From Escherichia coli (lineage in GTDB: Bacteria; Pseudomonadota; Gammaproteobacteria; Enterobacterales; Enterobacteriaceae), in assembly GCF_036507355.1 (NCBI RefSeq), contig NZ_AP027877.1: a DNA stretch of 64,000 nt; one strand, 5' to 3'. Shown here one piece after another: positions 1 to 20,136 of the stretch. The position numbers and the translations under genes are program-made. Position 1 is the stretch's first letter. Every line of letters starts with the position of its first letter. The notes beneath the pieces are model-generated. The model made no database searches, was not told the origin of the DNA, and worked only from the letters and a program-made list of their open reading frames with translations.

Positions 1-186
1 GCAATAATAGCTCCAGCAAGATTTTTACTGAGGTTTTTGCGATATTTAGCTTTTGTCGTTGGAAAATTCGCTATTTTTTTGACTTAAGTTAAACAACATA
101 CCTTATTGCTGGCAGGTTATTAAACTGTTGAGCGAGGGTAAAGGATAGTGTCAAATAGCCATCATACTTCAATGAGAGGCAATGAC

Positions 187-1227
187 ATGAGCGACAACAT
201 CCGTGTTGGGTTGATTGGGTATGGTTATGCGAGCAAAACCTTCCATGCGCCCCTGATTGCGGGCACGCCCGGGCTGGAACTGGCGGTAATCTCCAGCAGT
301 GATGAAACAAAAGTAAAAGCCGACTGGCCAACGGTTACGGTTGTCTCTGAGCCGAAGCATCTGTTTAACGATCCCAACATAGACCTGATTGTTATTCCTA
401 CACCCAACGATACCCATTTCCCGTTAGCCAAAGCAGCGCTTGAGGCGGGTAAACATGTGGTCGTTGATAAACCCTTTACCGTGACACTGTCACAAGCGCG
501 AGAGCTGGATGCGCTGGCAAAAAGCCTGGGGCGTGTGCTGTCTGTATTCCATAACCGTCGTTGGGATAGCGATTTCTTGACGCTAAAAGGTTTGCTCGCG
601 GAAGGCGTGCTGGGTGAAGTTGCTTACTTTGAGTCTCATTTTGACCGTTTCCGTCCGCAGGTGCGCGATCGTTGGCGTGAACAGGGCGGCCCAGGCAGCG
701 GTATCTGGTACGATTTAGCACCACATCTTCTTGATCAGGCCATTACGCTATTTGGTTTACCGGTCAGCATGACGGTAGATTTGGCACAGTTACGGCCCGG
801 AGCGCAGTCGACCGATTATTTCCACGCCATCTTGTCCTATCCGCAGCGGCGAGTCATTTTACACGGTACCATGCTGGCAGCCGCTGAGTCAGCACGGTAT
901 ATCGTGCATGGATCCCGAGGCAGTTATGTGAAATATGGCCTCGATCCACAGGAAGAACGTCTGAAAAATGGCGAGCGTCTGCCGCAGGAAGACTGGGGCT
1001 ACGATATGCGTGATGGCGTACTTACCCGCGTGGAAGGTGAGGAACGTGTCGAAGAAACGCTGTTGACGGTGCCTGGGAATTATCCGGCTTACTATGCGGC
1101 GATTCGTGATGCGTTAAATGGCGATGGTGAAAATCCAGTTCCGGCAAGCCAGGCAATCCAGGTAATGGAGTTGATTGAGCTGGGCATCGAATCCGCCAAA
1201 CATCGCGCGACTTTGTGCCTTGCGTGA
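187..1227 (+). CDS. ydgJ: Gfo/Idh/MocA-family NAD(P)-dependent oxidoreductase YdgJ
   Basis: ORF 148..1227; Rossmann motif GLIGYGYASK near the N-terminus; 346 aa if started at internal Met (MSDNIRVG); position next to add matches the known gene order. Confidence 0.85.
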   Translation: MSDNIRVGLIGYGYASKTFHAPLIAGTPGLELAVISSSDETKVKADWPTVTVVSEPKHLFNDPNIDLIVIPTPNDTHFPLAKAALEAGKHVVVDKPFTVTLSQARELDALAKSLGRVLSVFHNRRWDSDFLTLKGLLAEGVLGEVAYFESHFDRFRPQVRDRWREQGGPGSGIWYDLAPHLLDQAITLFGLPVSMTVDLAQLRPGAQSTDYFHAILSYPQRRVILHGTMLAAAESARYIVHGSRGSYVKYGLDPQEERLKNGERLPQEDWGYDMRDGVLTRVEGEERVEETLLTVPGNYPAYYAAIRDALNGDGENPVPASQAIQVMELIELGIESAKHRATLCLA

Positions 1228-1262
1228 AAAATGGATGGTGCAATTTGCACCATCCATTTTTG

Positions 1263-2264
1263 TTACTTCGCAGCGACTTTTTCTCGCAGTGCGCGTTTTT
1301 CCTCTGCGCTGAGGAAAGCCATTTCAAGACCATTAATCTGTGCCTGGCGGATTTGCTCGCGGGATAACCCAGCAGCTGGCGCGGCAACGGTATATTCGTG
1401 AATGATATCCACTCCCTGTACGCCGGGATCGTCAGTGTTAATGCTGGCACGAATGCCATGCTCAAGGAACGTTTTCAGCGGATGTGCAGCCAGCTCAGCC
1501 ACGGTGCTGGTCTGAATATTGGAGGTCAGACAGGATTCAATACCAATTTGTTGCTCGGTGAGAAAATCCATCAGCGCCCGATCTTCAATGGCTTTTACGC
1601 CATGTCCAATACGCTCCGCACCCAGTTCACGAATCGCCTGCCAGATGCTTTCCGGCCCGGCAGCTTCGCCTGCATGGACGGTAATATGCCAGCCCGCATC
1701 ACGCGCGCGGTTGAAGTGAGAAAGGAACAGACTTCCCGGGAAACCAAGTTCATCACCGGCTAAATCAAGTGCGGTAATCTGGTCACGGTGGGCTAAAAAG
1801 GCCTCCAGCTCTTGCTGACAGGCGGCTTCGCCGAAGGTCCGGCTCATAATGCCGATAAGCTTCGCCTGCACACCAAAGGTGCGGCAACCTTCACGTACGC
1901 CATCGATCACCGCTTCGACAACACCCGCTACAGGCAGCTGATGTGCCATTGCCATGTAGCCCGGTGAAAAACGCAGCTCGACATAGTGCAGGCCGTTACG
2001 GGCTGCATCTTCAATGTTTTCAAATGCCACGCGGCGGCAAGCATCAAGAGAGGCGAGAACTTTAACGCCCCAGTCAAGTTTGGTCAGAAAGCTCACCAGA
2101 TCGGGTTCGTTGGCAATGACCTGAACGTGGGGAATCAGTGTTTCCAGGGATTGTGCAGGAAGCGAGATATTATACTGGCGGCCAAGTTCAAGAATGGTCT
2201 GGGGACGAATGTTACCATCAAGGTGGCGATGGATATCAGTTAATGGCAGGGTGGTATCAATCAT
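1263..2264 (-). CDS. add: adenosine deaminase
   Basis: 333-aa ORF with the N-terminal metal-binding HxH motif (DIHRHLDG) and overall adenosine deaminase family similarity. Confidence 0.93.
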   Translation of the reverse strand: MIDTTLPLTDIHRHLDGNIRPQTILELGRQYNISLPAQSLETLIPHVQVIANEPDLVSFLTKLDWGVKVLASLDACRRVAFENIEDAARNGLHYVELRFSPGYMAMAHQLPVAGVVEAVIDGVREGCRTFGVQAKLIGIMSRTFGEAACQQELEAFLAHRDQITALDLAGDELGFPGSLFLSHFNRARDAGWHITVHAGEAAGPESIWQAIRELGAERIGHGVKAIEDRALMDFLTEQQIGIESCLTSNIQTSTVAELAAHPLKTFLEHGIRASINTDDPGVQGVDIIHEYTVAAPAAGLSREQIRQAQINGLEMAFLSAEEKRALREKVAAK

Positions 2265-2367
2265 GGTCGCACTCTTTTTCTGGATATAAAAGTGCGCACC
2301 ATTATAAAAACAAAGCAGGGTAAAAATCCACGATTGCGCAACGATTTTTTACGTTGCGCAATTGGGG

Positions 2368-3540
2368 TTAGCGAACAGCGCGGATGGCGTTAATTAATCC
2401 AGCCACACCTTTTTCCAGTTTCGAACGTGGGCAGCCGGCATTGAGACGGACAAAACCACGACCTTCTTCACCGTAGGTATACCCCGGCATGATCGCGACC
2501 TTTTCTTGCTCGATAAGCGCTTTTTGCAACGCGTTGTCGTCAATATTCAATGGACGTAGATCAAGCCAGGCCAGATAAGTGGATTGCGGGATCTGCCAGT
2601 TGAGTTCAGGAAACGCGGCGTTCATTTTATCTGCGATATACGTCAGGTTATCTTTCAGATAGACGCGTAAGGCATCCAGCCACGGCGCGCCTTGCTGATA
2701 GGCGGCGATATGAGCAGTTAACGCCAGTACCGAAGGGGAAGAAAGCCCATCACGTCCTTTCAGTGCCGATAAATAGGCATCGCGACAACTGCTATTTTCT
2801 ATAATCCCGTAAGCACCGGTCAGGGCGGGAATATTGAAACTTTTCGATCCCGACGTCAGCAACGCCCAGTCTCCGCGAGCCACATTACTCCAGGGAATAT
2901 GCGGCTGTTCGCCCCAAACCATATCCATATGGATTTCATCGGAAATAACCCGCACACCATGACGCTCGCACAGGTCAGCCATGATCTCCAGTTCATCGCA
3001 CGTCCACACTTTCCCGGTAGGATTCTGTGGGCTACACAGGAGCATAATTTTACATTCTGGTTTCGCCAACACGGCTTCCAGCTTGCCCATATCGCAAAAC
3101 CAGCCGTCAGCCTGCTTCTCTAAAGCAACGGGCATTACTGTGCGATGATTACCTTCAATGGCCTTGTAAAATGCGTCATAGGCGGGTGTGTGGATCACCA
3201 CGCCTTCACCTGTTTCAGACCACTGACGAATCAGTTCTGAGACCATATAGATAACAGAAGGGCCATACACCACCGATTGAGGATCGATGGCGGTGTAATG
3301 CTGGGTGGAAAACCAGTGGGCAATAGCCGCGAGAAACTCATCGTTCTTCCAGCGGCTGTAGCCAAACACGCCGTGCATCAGGCGCTGATTCAGCGCCTCG
3401 ATAATGCAGGGGGCAGTGGCAAAATCCATGTCTGAAATCGTGAAAGGTAACAGGTCAGCAGTGCCGAAACGGTCAGCGACATAATCCCACTGCGTACACC
3501 ATGTGCCATGACGATCCACGACCTTTGAAAAATCGAACAT
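2368..3540 (-). CDS. malY: PLP-dependent cystathionine beta-lyase / maltose regulon modulator MalY
   Basis: 390-aa ORF recognised as MalY (aminotransferase class I/II fold); directly downstream of malX as in the malXY operon. Confidence 0.92.
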   Translation of the reverse strand: MFDFSKVVDRHGTWCTQWDYVADRFGTADLLPFTISDMDFATAPCIIEALNQRLMHGVFGYSRWKNDEFLAAIAHWFSTQHYTAIDPQSVVYGPSVIYMVSELIRQWSETGEGVVIHTPAYDAFYKAIEGNHRTVMPVALEKQADGWFCDMGKLEAVLAKPECKIMLLCSPQNPTGKVWTCDELEIMADLCERHGVRVISDEIHMDMVWGEQPHIPWSNVARGDWALLTSGSKSFNIPALTGAYGIIENSSCRDAYLSALKGRDGLSSPSVLALTAHIAAYQQGAPWLDALRVYLKDNLTYIADKMNAAFPELNWQIPQSTYLAWLDLRPLNIDDNALQKALIEQEKVAIMPGYTYGEEGRGFVRLNAGCPRSKLEKGVAGLINAIRAVR

Positions 3541-3549
3541 ATCTTATCC

Positions 3550-5285
<1,736 letters not shown>

Positions 5286-5297
5286 AGTCACATAATC

Positions 5298-6344
<1,047 letters not shown>

Positions 6345-6455
6345 TCCTCTCTTTATCTGCTATACCTGGTAGTGTCCTTTCCTCAAGGTTAATGATAAAA
6401 AATGTGGCACACAGGCGGTGCCTTTTATTTTTACTGAAGTTCACAGGAGGTTTAT

Positions 6456-7223
6456 GTGTTTAATTCTGACAACCTGAGACTCGACGGAAAATGCGCCATC
6501 ATCACAGGTGCGGGTGCAGGTATTGGTAAAGAAATCGCCATTACATTCGCGACAGCTGGCGCATCTGTGGTGGTCAGTGATATTAACGCCGACGCAGCTA
6601 ACCATGTTGTAGACGAAATTCAACAACTGGGTGGTCAGGCATTTGCCTGCCGTTGTGATATTACTTCCGAACAGGAACTCTCTGCACTGGCAGACTTTGC
6701 TATCAGTAAGCTGGGTAAAGTTGATATTCTGGTTAACAACGCCGGTGGCGGTGGACCTAAACCGTTTGATATGCCAATGGCGGATTTTCGCCGTGCTTAT
6801 GAACTGAATGTGTTTTCTTTTTTCCATCTGTCACAACTTGTTGCGCCAGAAATGGAAAAAAATGGCGGTGGCGTTATTCTGACCATCACTTCTATGGCGG
6901 CAGAAAATAAAAATATAAACATGACTTCCTATGCATCATCTAAAGCTGCGGCCAGTCATCTGGTCAGAAATATGGCGTTTGACCTGGGTGAAAAAAATAT
7001 TCGGGTAAATGGCATTGCGCCGGGGGCAATATTAACCGATGCCCTGAAATCCGTTATTACACCAGAAATTGAACAAAAAATGTTACAGCACACGCCGATC
7101 AGACGTCTGGGCCAACCGCAAGATATTGCTAACGCAGCTCTGTTCCTTTGCTCGCCTGCAGCCAGCTGGGTAAGCGGACAAATTCTCACCGTCTCCGGTG
7201 GTGGGGTACAGGAGCTCAATTAA
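6456..7223 (+). CDS. hdhA: 7-alpha-hydroxysteroid dehydrogenase (short-chain dehydrogenase/reductase family)
   Basis: 255-aa ORF with SDR glycine motif TGAGAGIG and catalytic YxxxK (YASSK). Confidence 0.9.
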   Translation: MFNSDNLRLDGKCAIITGAGAGIGKEIAITFATAGASVVVSDINADAANHVVDEIQQLGGQAFACRCDITSEQELSALADFAISKLGKVDILVNNAGGGGPKPFDMPMADFRRAYELNVFSFFHLSQLVAPEMEKNGGGVILTITSMAAENKNINMTSYASSKAAASHLVRNMAFDLGEKNIRVNGIAPGAILTDALKSVITPEIEQKMLQHTPIRRLGQPQDIANAALFLCSPAASWVSGQILTVSGGGVQELN

Positions 7224-7233
7224 TACACTAACG

Positions 7234-7266
7234 AACCGGTAAACAGCCGTATGTGTTGTTTACCGG
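7234..7266 (+). terminator. hairpin downstream of hdhA (candidate intrinsic terminator)
   Basis: Inverted repeat ccggtaaaca ... tgtttaccgg immediately after the hdhA stop. Confidence 0.5.
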
Positions 7267-7451
7267 GATAGCGTGTGCAATTCATCAACGTCTCTGCTAA
7301 ACAACTGGCAGCCAAATCACGGCTATTGGTTAACCAATAGCTGGATGAAAAGCATACGAATAGAGTGTGCCTTCGCACTATTCAACAGCAATGATAGGCG
7401 CTCACCTGACAACGCGGTAAACTAGTTATTCACGCTAACTATAATGGTTTA

Positions 7452-8042
7452 ATGATGGATAACATGCAGACTGAAGCACAACCGACACGGACCCGGATCC
7501 TCAATGCTGCCAGAGAGATTTTTTCAGAAAATGGATTTCACAGTGCCTCGATGAAAGCCATCTGTAAATCCTGCGCCATTAGTCCCGGGACGCTCTATCA
7601 CCATTTCATCTCCAAAGAAGCCTTGATTCAGGCGATTATCTTACAGGACCAGGAGAGGGCGCTGGCCCGTTTCCGGGAACCGATTGAAGGGATTCATTTT
7701 GTTGACTATATGGTCGAGTCTATTGTCTCTCTCACCCATGAAGCCTTTGGGCAACGGGCGCTGGTGGTCGAAATTATGGCGGAAGGGATGCGTAACCCAC
7801 AGGTCGCCGCCATGCTTAAAAATAAGCATATGACGATCACTGAATTTGTTGCTCAGCGGATGCGTGATGCCCAGCAAAAAGGCGAGATAAGCCCAGACAT
7901 CAACACGGCAATGACTTCACGTTTACTGCTGGATCTGACCTACGGTGTACTGGCCGATATCGAAGCGGAAGACCTGGCGCGTGAAGCGTCGTTTGCTCAG
8001 GGATTACGCGCGATGATTGGCGGTATCTTAACCGCATCCTGA
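7452..8042 (+). CDS. uidR: TetR-family repressor of the uid operon
   Basis: 196-aa ORF with N-terminal TetR HTH; located directly upstream of uidA. Confidence 0.9.
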   Translation: MMDNMQTEAQPTRTRILNAAREIFSENGFHSASMKAICKSCAISPGTLYHHFISKEALIQAIILQDQERALARFREPIEGIHFVDYMVESIVSLTHEAFGQRALVVEIMAEGMRNPQVAAMLKNKHMTITEFVAQRMRDAQQKGEISPDINTAMTSRLLLDLTYGVLADIEAEDLAREASFAQGLRAMIGGILTAS

Positions 8043-8430
8043 TCTTCTCATTTCGCGGGCTGGTGATAACTGTGCCCGCGTTTCATACTTTAATTTCCCT
8101 GTACAAAATACAATCTCCCCGGGATCGGAGAATTCCCCCCCCAAAATATTCACCGTAGCCATATGTCATGAGAGTTTATCGTTCTCAAGATGCTCGAACG
8201 AACGTTCGATTGCTTATTTTATGGCTTCTGTCAACGCTGTTTTAAAGATTAATGCGATCTATATCACGCTGTGGGTATTGCAGTTTTTGGTTTTTTGATC
8301 GCGGCGTCAGTTCTTTTTATTTCCATTTCTCTTCCATGGGTTTCTCACAGATAACTGTGTGCAACACAGAATTGGTTAACTAATCAGATTAAAGGTTGAC
8401 CAGTATTTTTATCTTAATGAGGAGTCCCTT

Positions 8431-11612
<3,182 letters not shown>

Positions 11613-11650
11613 TATTCAATAAAAATAATCAGAACATCAAAGGTGCAACT

Positions 11651-12915
11651 ATGAGAAAAATAGTGGCCATGGCCGTTATTTGCCTGACGGCTGCCTCTGG
11701 CCTTACCTCTGCTTACGCGGCGCAACTGGCTGACGATGAAGCGGGACTACGCATCAGACTGAAAAACGAATTGCGCAGGGCTGATAAGCCCAGTGCTGGC
11801 GCGGGAAGAGATATTTACGCATGGGTACAGGGAGGATTGCTCGATTTAACAGTGGTTATTATTCCAATATTATTGGCGTTGAAGGCGGAGCGTATTATGT
11901 TTATAAATTAGGTGCTCGTGCTGATATGAGTACCCGGTGGTATCTTGATGGTGGTAAAAGTTTTGGCTTTGCCCTGGGGGCAGTAAAAATAAAACCCAGT
12001 GAAAATAGCCTGCTTAAATTAGGTCGCTTCGGGACGGATTATAGTTATGGTAGCTTACCTTATCGTATTCCGTTAATGGCTGGCAGTTCGCAACGTACAT
12101 TGCCGACAGTTTCTGAAGGAGCATTAGGTTATTGGGCTTTAACGCCAAATATTGATCTGTGGGGAATGTGGCGTTCGCGAGTATTTTTATGGACTGATTC
12201 AACAACCGGTATTCGTGATGAAGGGGTGTATAACAGCCAGACGGGAAAATACGATAAACATCGCGCACGTTCTTTTTTAGCCGCCAGTTGGCATGATGAT
12301 ACCAGTCGCTATTCTCTGGGGGCATCGGTACAGAAAGATGTTTCCAATCAGATACAAAGTATTCTCGAGAAAAGCATACCGCTCGACCCGAATTATACGT
12401 TGAAAGGGGAGTTGCTCGGCTTTTACGCGCAGCTCGAAGGTTTAAGTCGTAATACCAGCCAGCCCAATGAAACGGCGTTGGTTAGTGGACAATTGACCTG
12501 GAATGCGCCGTGGGGAAGCGTATTTGGCAGTGGTGGTTATTTGCGCCATGCAATGAATGGTGCCGTGGTGGATACCGACATTGGCTATCCCTTTTCATTA
12601 AGTCTTGATCGTAACCGTGAAGGAATGCAGTCCTGGCAATTGGGCGTCAACTATCGTTTAACCCCGCAATTTACGCTGACATTTGCACCGATTGTGACTC
12701 GCGGCTATGAATCCAGTAAACGAGATGTGCGGATTGAAGGCGCGGGTATCTTAGGTGGTATGAACTATCGGGTCAGCGAAGGGCCGTTACAAGGGATGAA
12801 TTTCTTTCTTGCTGCCGATAAAGGGCGGGAAAAGCGCGATGGCAGTACGCTGGGCGATCGCCTGAATTACTGGGATGTGAAAATGAGTATTCAGTATGAC
12901 TTTATGCTGAAGTAA
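11651..12915 (+). pseudogene. uidC: outer-membrane glucuronide porin UidC, disrupted by a 1-nt deletion in a T-run near 11845
   Basis: Signal-peptide ORF 11651..11911 and ORF 11821..12915 are in different frames; total span is 1265 bp, one short of 1266 (421 aa plus stop). Frame switch localises to gat tta aca, where an intact gene would read gat ttt aac (..GGLLDFNSGYY..). Confidence 0.75.
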
Positions 12916-12922
12916 AAAATAA

Positions 12923-12950
12923 CGCCGGAGAGAAAAATCTCCGGCGTTTT
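12923..12950 (+). terminator. intrinsic terminator after uidC
   Basis: GC hairpin cgccggaga-gaaaaa-tctccggcg followed by TTTT. Confidence 0.7.
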
Positions 12951-12959
12951 GGCTGTGAA

Positions 12960-14468
12960 TTACTGCTGCGGAATAGCGGGTACGACCGGAACATTTAATG
13001 CCGGCATTGCAAACATACCAACGAAATCTTCCAGTGGCATTTTCTGCCCGTTTAACGTTATCTGACCGTTAGTATATTGCAGGCTGGTGGTGATGGTATT
13101 GTCCTGCAAGGTGGTCAGACGGAACATCTGCCCCATTGCTGATGCACCTTCAACTTGCTGTTTCGCCAGTTTTTTCGCTTGATCTTCCTGATAACCTTCC
13201 AGCTTCGCTACCTGAGTCATCAACTCAGTTGCCATATCCACCGGAATGGTCAGTTTCGCATCCAGAGATTTAACCGAACGATCTACTTCCTGCGCCAGCG
13301 TTTGCGGCGCTTCTTTAGTCGTTGCCGGATCTTTCAGGAACAGCGACAGATTCAGCGCACTTTCACCCTGACTGTTTTTCCAGCTTAGCGGCGCGATAGT
13401 AATCACCGGATCGCCTTTCAACATCAGCGGCAGGGCGCTAAAGAAGGCTTCCGTCACTTTCTCCTGATAAAGTTCGGGATTGTTGGCAATTTCTGGCTGT
13501 GCCAGCAGCGCCTGAGTTTGCGCGTTATATTGCTGGCTAAACTGATGCCAGGCTTCACCATCAATCTGGCCGACTTTTAAAGTCAGCTTGCCGCTGCCCA
13601 GATCCTGATTCTGTACCTTCAGGCTGTTTAGCGAGTAATCCAGTTGGCTATTGATCGTTTTACCGTCATTGACCAGATCCGATTTACCGCTGATCTCCAT
13701 GCCTTCCAGCAGTGCCAGTTCTTTGCCTTCCACTGAAATGGTCATTTTTTCCAGTGACAGTTTTTGGTTTCCTACGCGCTCACCAAAACTTGCCAGCGTG
13801 CTGGAACCGTCGGTTTTCAGATTATTAAAGGTCAACTGTACTTTCTGGTTGTATTCGTTAACTGCGTCTATCCGACCACTTTGCGCCTCCCCGGAAAGGG
13901 AGATAGCTTTGCCGTCTCTGTCCGCATTTAACTGGAACTCGCCGCCGCTAAAGGCGACTTTTTCATCCTTTTGCTCGTAATTCAGCGGATTGAGCGAAAT
14001 ATCGGAACTGGAATCACCGCTGTAACCAATGCGCGAGTTAATCTCAAAAGGCGTTTCACCTTTTGCCATATCAAACAGTGGGTTGCTTACTTCGTTATTG
14101 ACCAGCGTGGTTTGAATTGATGCCATCGATGGGATCAGGTTCAGTTTTTTAAGCTGGGCAAGGGGGAAGGGACCATGATCAACCGATTCGTTGAAGATGA
14201 CGCTCTGACCGCTTTTAATCCACGGATTTTCTTTCCCGGCAATGGGTTTCACCAACAGTTGCAACTGGCTGCTGAATACGCCGCGATGATAGTTTTGATA
14301 ACTCACTTCCAGGTTGGATTCAGGAGCTGTCAGTTTGAGTTGCGCGTTCGCCTGCGCGACCATCTCTTCGAGATGGGTTTCAATCTTCTTGCCTGTATAC
14401 CATGCGCCGCCTGTCCAGACTACGCCTAGCGCAACAATGACGCCTACCGCTACCAGCGATTTATTCAT
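12960..14468 (-). CDS. ydgA: DUF945-family periplasmic protein YdgA
   Basis: 502-aa ORF with N-terminal signal/anchor; recognised as YdgA. Confidence 0.85.
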   Translation of the reverse strand: MNKSLVAVGVIVALGVVWTGGAWYTGKKIETHLEEMVAQANAQLKLTAPESNLEVSYQNYHRGVFSSQLQLLVKPIAGKENPWIKSGQSVIFNESVDHGPFPLAQLKKLNLIPSMASIQTTLVNNEVSNPLFDMAKGETPFEINSRIGYSGDSSSDISLNPLNYEQKDEKVAFSGGEFQLNADRDGKAISLSGEAQSGRIDAVNEYNQKVQLTFNNLKTDGSSTLASFGERVGNQKLSLEKMTISVEGKELALLEGMEISGKSDLVNDGKTINSQLDYSLNSLKVQNQDLGSGKLTLKVGQIDGEAWHQFSQQYNAQTQALLAQPEIANNPELYQEKVTEAFFSALPLMLKGDPVITIAPLSWKNSQGESALNLSLFLKDPATTKEAPQTLAQEVDRSVKSLDAKLTIPVDMATELMTQVAKLEGYQEDQAKKLAKQQVEGASAMGQMFRLTTLQDNTITTSLQYTNGQITLNGQKMPLEDFVGMFAMPALNVPVVPAIPQQ

Positions 14469-14568
14469 AATGATTATCCATAAAATGAAATCAGGCGGAC
14501 TGGCCGCCTGAAGGTGTTATAAGCCTTTAATAAGCTTAGCAAGAGATGTTAATTTTTTCAGTAAGCTC

Positions 14569-15744
14569 TTACAGCTTGTTGTAAACACGCGCTAAACGGC
14601 CGTGGCCTTTAACAGTCACCGGTGATTCGTTGGCGGCAATAAACGCTGATTCACCCGGTTTAAGCTGTAACTGCTGAGAACCTTTACACAGCGTTGCATC
14701 GCCTTCGACACAGAACAAAATGGCGGCACTCTGCTGGCTAATGGTGGTTTCTTTATCACTAAGGTCATGCAGCGAGAAGGCAAAATCATCAACAGGAATC
14801 GGGAAGTCCAGTTCTGCACCTTGTTTCACCGGCTGGGTCAACAACTGGTTAGCCGGTTTGGCTTCGAACTTCACATTGGCAACCAGTTCCGGAATATCAA
14901 TGTATTTAGGCGTCAGACCCGCACGCAGCACGTTATCGGAGTTTGCCATCACTTCCAGCGCCACGCCTTGCAGGTAAGCGTGCGGTGTTTCAGCGAACAG
15001 GAACATCGCTTCGCCAGGATTCAATTTCACCACATTCAGCAACAGCGGAGAGAACAGGCCGCTGTCATCCGGGTAAAATTCAGAAATTAAACGAATCGTT
15101 TGCCACGGTTCACCCTGCTGACTGTCGAGCGCCGATTTTAAAATCGCCAGCGCGCGGGATTTTTCTTCACCCTGCATATTCAACAGGCTGGCGAACAGTT
15201 CGCTTAAACGTTCGGCATCAGGCTGTTGTAAAAAGTGAGCAATCGCCGGATGTGCACCTGCGACCGGCTGGAGTAGGGAGACAATCTCGGAAAATTCACG
15301 AAACGCGTTCATCGCAAGGAAAGGCGTCAGCGCAAAAACCAGCTCAGGCTTGTGGTTAGGATCTTTATAGTTACGCTCGGCGGCATCCATCGGGATACCT
15401 GCGGCATTTTCTTTGGCAAAACCGATTTCAGAATTGTGTTTGTTTGGATGAACCTGAATGGAGAGCGGCTGTGCTGCGCATAATACTTTGAACAGGAAAG
15501 GCAGTTCGCCAAAGCGTTTGGCAACGGCCTCTCCGAGCAGAGTCGATTTATCACTCTCAATCACATCACGCAGTGAAACGATATCTCCGGCGGCATTCTG
15601 CACTCGTGAACTGCTTTTCGGATGTGCGCCCATCCACAGCTCGGCCATCGGCTGGCTGGACGGATTTTCCATACCATAAAGTTCAGTCAACGCCGTTTTG
15701 CTGCCCCAGGCATAGTTTTGCACTGAGTTAATGAGTTTTTGCAT
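14569..15744 (-). CDS. manA: mannose-6-phosphate isomerase
   Basis: 391 aa from MQKLINSVQNYAWGS (type I PMI N-terminus); the ORF track extends upstream to an earlier Met. Confidence 0.92.
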   Translation of the reverse strand: MQKLINSVQNYAWGSKTALTELYGMENPSSQPMAELWMGAHPKSSSRVQNAAGDIVSLRDVIESDKSTLLGEAVAKRFGELPFLFKVLCAAQPLSIQVHPNKHNSEIGFAKENAAGIPMDAAERNYKDPNHKPELVFALTPFLAMNAFREFSEIVSLLQPVAGAHPAIAHFLQQPDAERLSELFASLLNMQGEEKSRALAILKSALDSQQGEPWQTIRLISEFYPDDSGLFSPLLLNVVKLNPGEAMFLFAETPHAYLQGVALEVMANSDNVLRAGLTPKYIDIPELVANVKFEAKPANQLLTQPVKQGAELDFPIPVDDFAFSLHDLSDKETTISQQSAAILFCVEGDATLCKGSQQLQLKPGESAFIAANESPVTVKGHGRLARVYNKL

Positions 15745-15942
15745 GATCAATCCCTGTTTTAATGTGGAAATTAATCCCGCTATTAAAGCAAGAATCCTAC
15801 GGGAAGTAACCTGGAGCCGCAAAAAGTCGTACTAGTCTCAGTTTTTGTTAAAAAAGTGTGTAGGATATTGTTACTCGCTTTTAACAGGGCAACGGAACAC
15901 CCGCCCAGAGCATAACCAAACCAGGCAGTAAGTGAGAGAACA

Positions 15943-17589
15943 ATGTCAAACAAACCCTTTCATTATCAGGCTCCTTTTCCACTCAAAAAAGATGATACTG
16001 AGTATTACCTGCTAACCAGCGAACACGTTAGCGTATCTGAATTTGAAGGGCAGGAGATTTTGAAAGTCGCACCCGAAGCGTTAACTCTGTTGGCGCGTCA
16101 GGCGTTTCATGATGCGTCGTTTATGCTGCGTCCGGCGCACCAACAACAGGTGGCCGACATTCTGCGTGACCCGGAGGCCAGCGAAAATGATAAATATGTG
16201 GCGCTGCAATTCCTGCGTAACTCCGACATCGCGGCGAAAGGCGTTCTGCCAACCTGTCAGGATACCGGCACCGCGATTATTGTTGGTAAAAAAGGGCAGC
16301 GTGTATGGACCGGTGGTGGTGATGAAGCGGCGCTGGCACGCGGTGTCTATAACACTTATATCGAAGATAATCTGCGCTACTCGCAAAACGCGCCGCTGGA
16401 TATGTATAAAGAGGTGAATACCGGCACCAATCTACCAGCGCAGATCGATCTTTATGCCGTTGATGGCGACGAGTACAAATTCCTCTGTATCGCCAAAGGT
16501 GGCGGTTCGGCAAACAAGACGTATCTCTATCAGGAAACCAAAGCGTTACTGACGCCGGGGAAACTGAAAAATTACCTGGTTGAGAAGATGCGCACGCTGG
16601 GTACGGCGGCCTGTCCTCCGTATCATATTGCGTTCGTTATTGGTGGAACTTCTGCAGAAACGAACCTTAAAACGGTGAAACTGGCTTCCGCGAAATACTA
16701 TGATGAACTGCCAACGGAAGGGAATGAGCACGGTCAGGCGTTCCGCGATGTGGAACTGGAAAAAGAATTGCTGATCGAAGCGCAAAATCTTGGTCTGGGT
16801 GCGCAGTTTGGCGGTAAATACTTCGCTCACGACATCCGCGTGATTCGCCTGCCACGTCACGGCGCATCCTGCCCGGTCGGTATGGGCGTCTCCTGCTCTG
16901 CTGACCGTAATATCAAAGCGAAGATCAACCGTCAGGGGATCTGGATCGAAAAACTGGAACATAATCCAGGCAAATATATCCCGGAAGAGCTGCGCAAAGC
17001 GGGAGAAGGCGAAGCGGTGCGCGTTGACCTTAACCGTCCGATGAAAGAGATCCTCGCACAGTTGTCGCAGTATCCCGTTTCTACACGCTTATCGCTTAAC
17101 GGCACGATTATCGTTGGTCGTGATATTGCTCACGCCAAACTGAAAGAGCGGATGGATAACGGTGAAGGGCTGCCGCAGTACATTAAAGATCATCCGATTT
17201 ACTACGCGGGTCCGGCCAAAACGCCGGAAGGTTATGCCTCCGGTTCTCTTGGCCCAACGACCGCCGGACGGATGGATTCTTATGTCGATCAACTGCAAGC
17301 GCAGGGCGGAAGTATGATCATGCTGGCGAAAGGCAACCGCAGCCAGCAGGTGACGGATGCCTGTAAAAAACACGGCGGCTTCTACCTTGGCAGTATCGGT
17401 GGTCCGGCCGCTGTATTGGCGCAGGGAAGTATTAAGAGCCTGGAATGTGTTGAATATCCGGAACTGGGAATGGAAGCCATCTGGAAAATTGAAGTGGAAG
17501 ATTTCCCGGCGTTTATCCTTGTGGATGATAAAGGAAATGACTTCTTCCAGCAGATACAACTCACACAATGCACCCGCTGTGTGAAATAA
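15943..17589 (+). CDS. fumA: class I (Fe-S) fumarate hydratase
   Basis: 548-aa ORF with class I fumarase sequence; cysteines consistent with a 4Fe-4S cluster. Confidence 0.93.
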   Translation: MSNKPFHYQAPFPLKKDDTEYYLLTSEHVSVSEFEGQEILKVAPEALTLLARQAFHDASFMLRPAHQQQVADILRDPEASENDKYVALQFLRNSDIAAKGVLPTCQDTGTAIIVGKKGQRVWTGGGDEAALARGVYNTYIEDNLRYSQNAPLDMYKEVNTGTNLPAQIDLYAVDGDEYKFLCIAKGGGSANKTYLYQETKALLTPGKLKNYLVEKMRTLGTAACPPYHIAFVIGGTSAETNLKTVKLASAKYYDELPTEGNEHGQAFRDVELEKELLIEAQNLGLGAQFGGKYFAHDIRVIRLPRHGASCPVGMGVSCSADRNIKAKINRQGIWIEKLEHNPGKYIPEELRKAGEGEAVRVDLNRPMKEILAQLSQYPVSTRLSLNGTIIVGRDIAHAKLKERMDNGEGLPQYIKDHPIYYAGPAKTPEGYASGSLGPTTAGRMDSYVDQLQAQGGSMIMLAKGNRSQQVTDACKKHGGFYLGSIGGPAAVLAQGSIKSLECVEYPELGMEAIWKIEVEDFPAFILVDDKGNDFFQQIQLTQCTRCVK

Positions 17590-17593
17590 ACAG

Positions 17594-17618
17594 AGCCGCC
17601 CTTCGTGGCGGTTTTTTT
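17594..17618 (+). terminator. intrinsic terminator after fumA
   Basis: Hairpin ccgcc-cttcgt-ggcgg followed by T7. Confidence 0.7.
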
Positions 17619-17731
17619 ACATGGCACGAAAGACCAAACATTTGTTATCAAATGGTAAATAATGAGTGAGCTAAAAGTTGCTTAACGAAAGCAAAACAGA
17701 AAGAAAAAATTAATCAGGTGAGGAGCAGGCC

Positions 17732-20094
<2,363 letters not shown>

Positions 20095-20136
20095 TTATAG
20101 CACAGTGGTGGTGACTTGACCACCGTGCGCGTAGTG

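Noticed and set aside
1-147. Small-protein gene (blr-like) upstream of ydgJ
   Set aside because: No reading frame on either strand matched a convincing small membrane protein with a ribosome-binding site.
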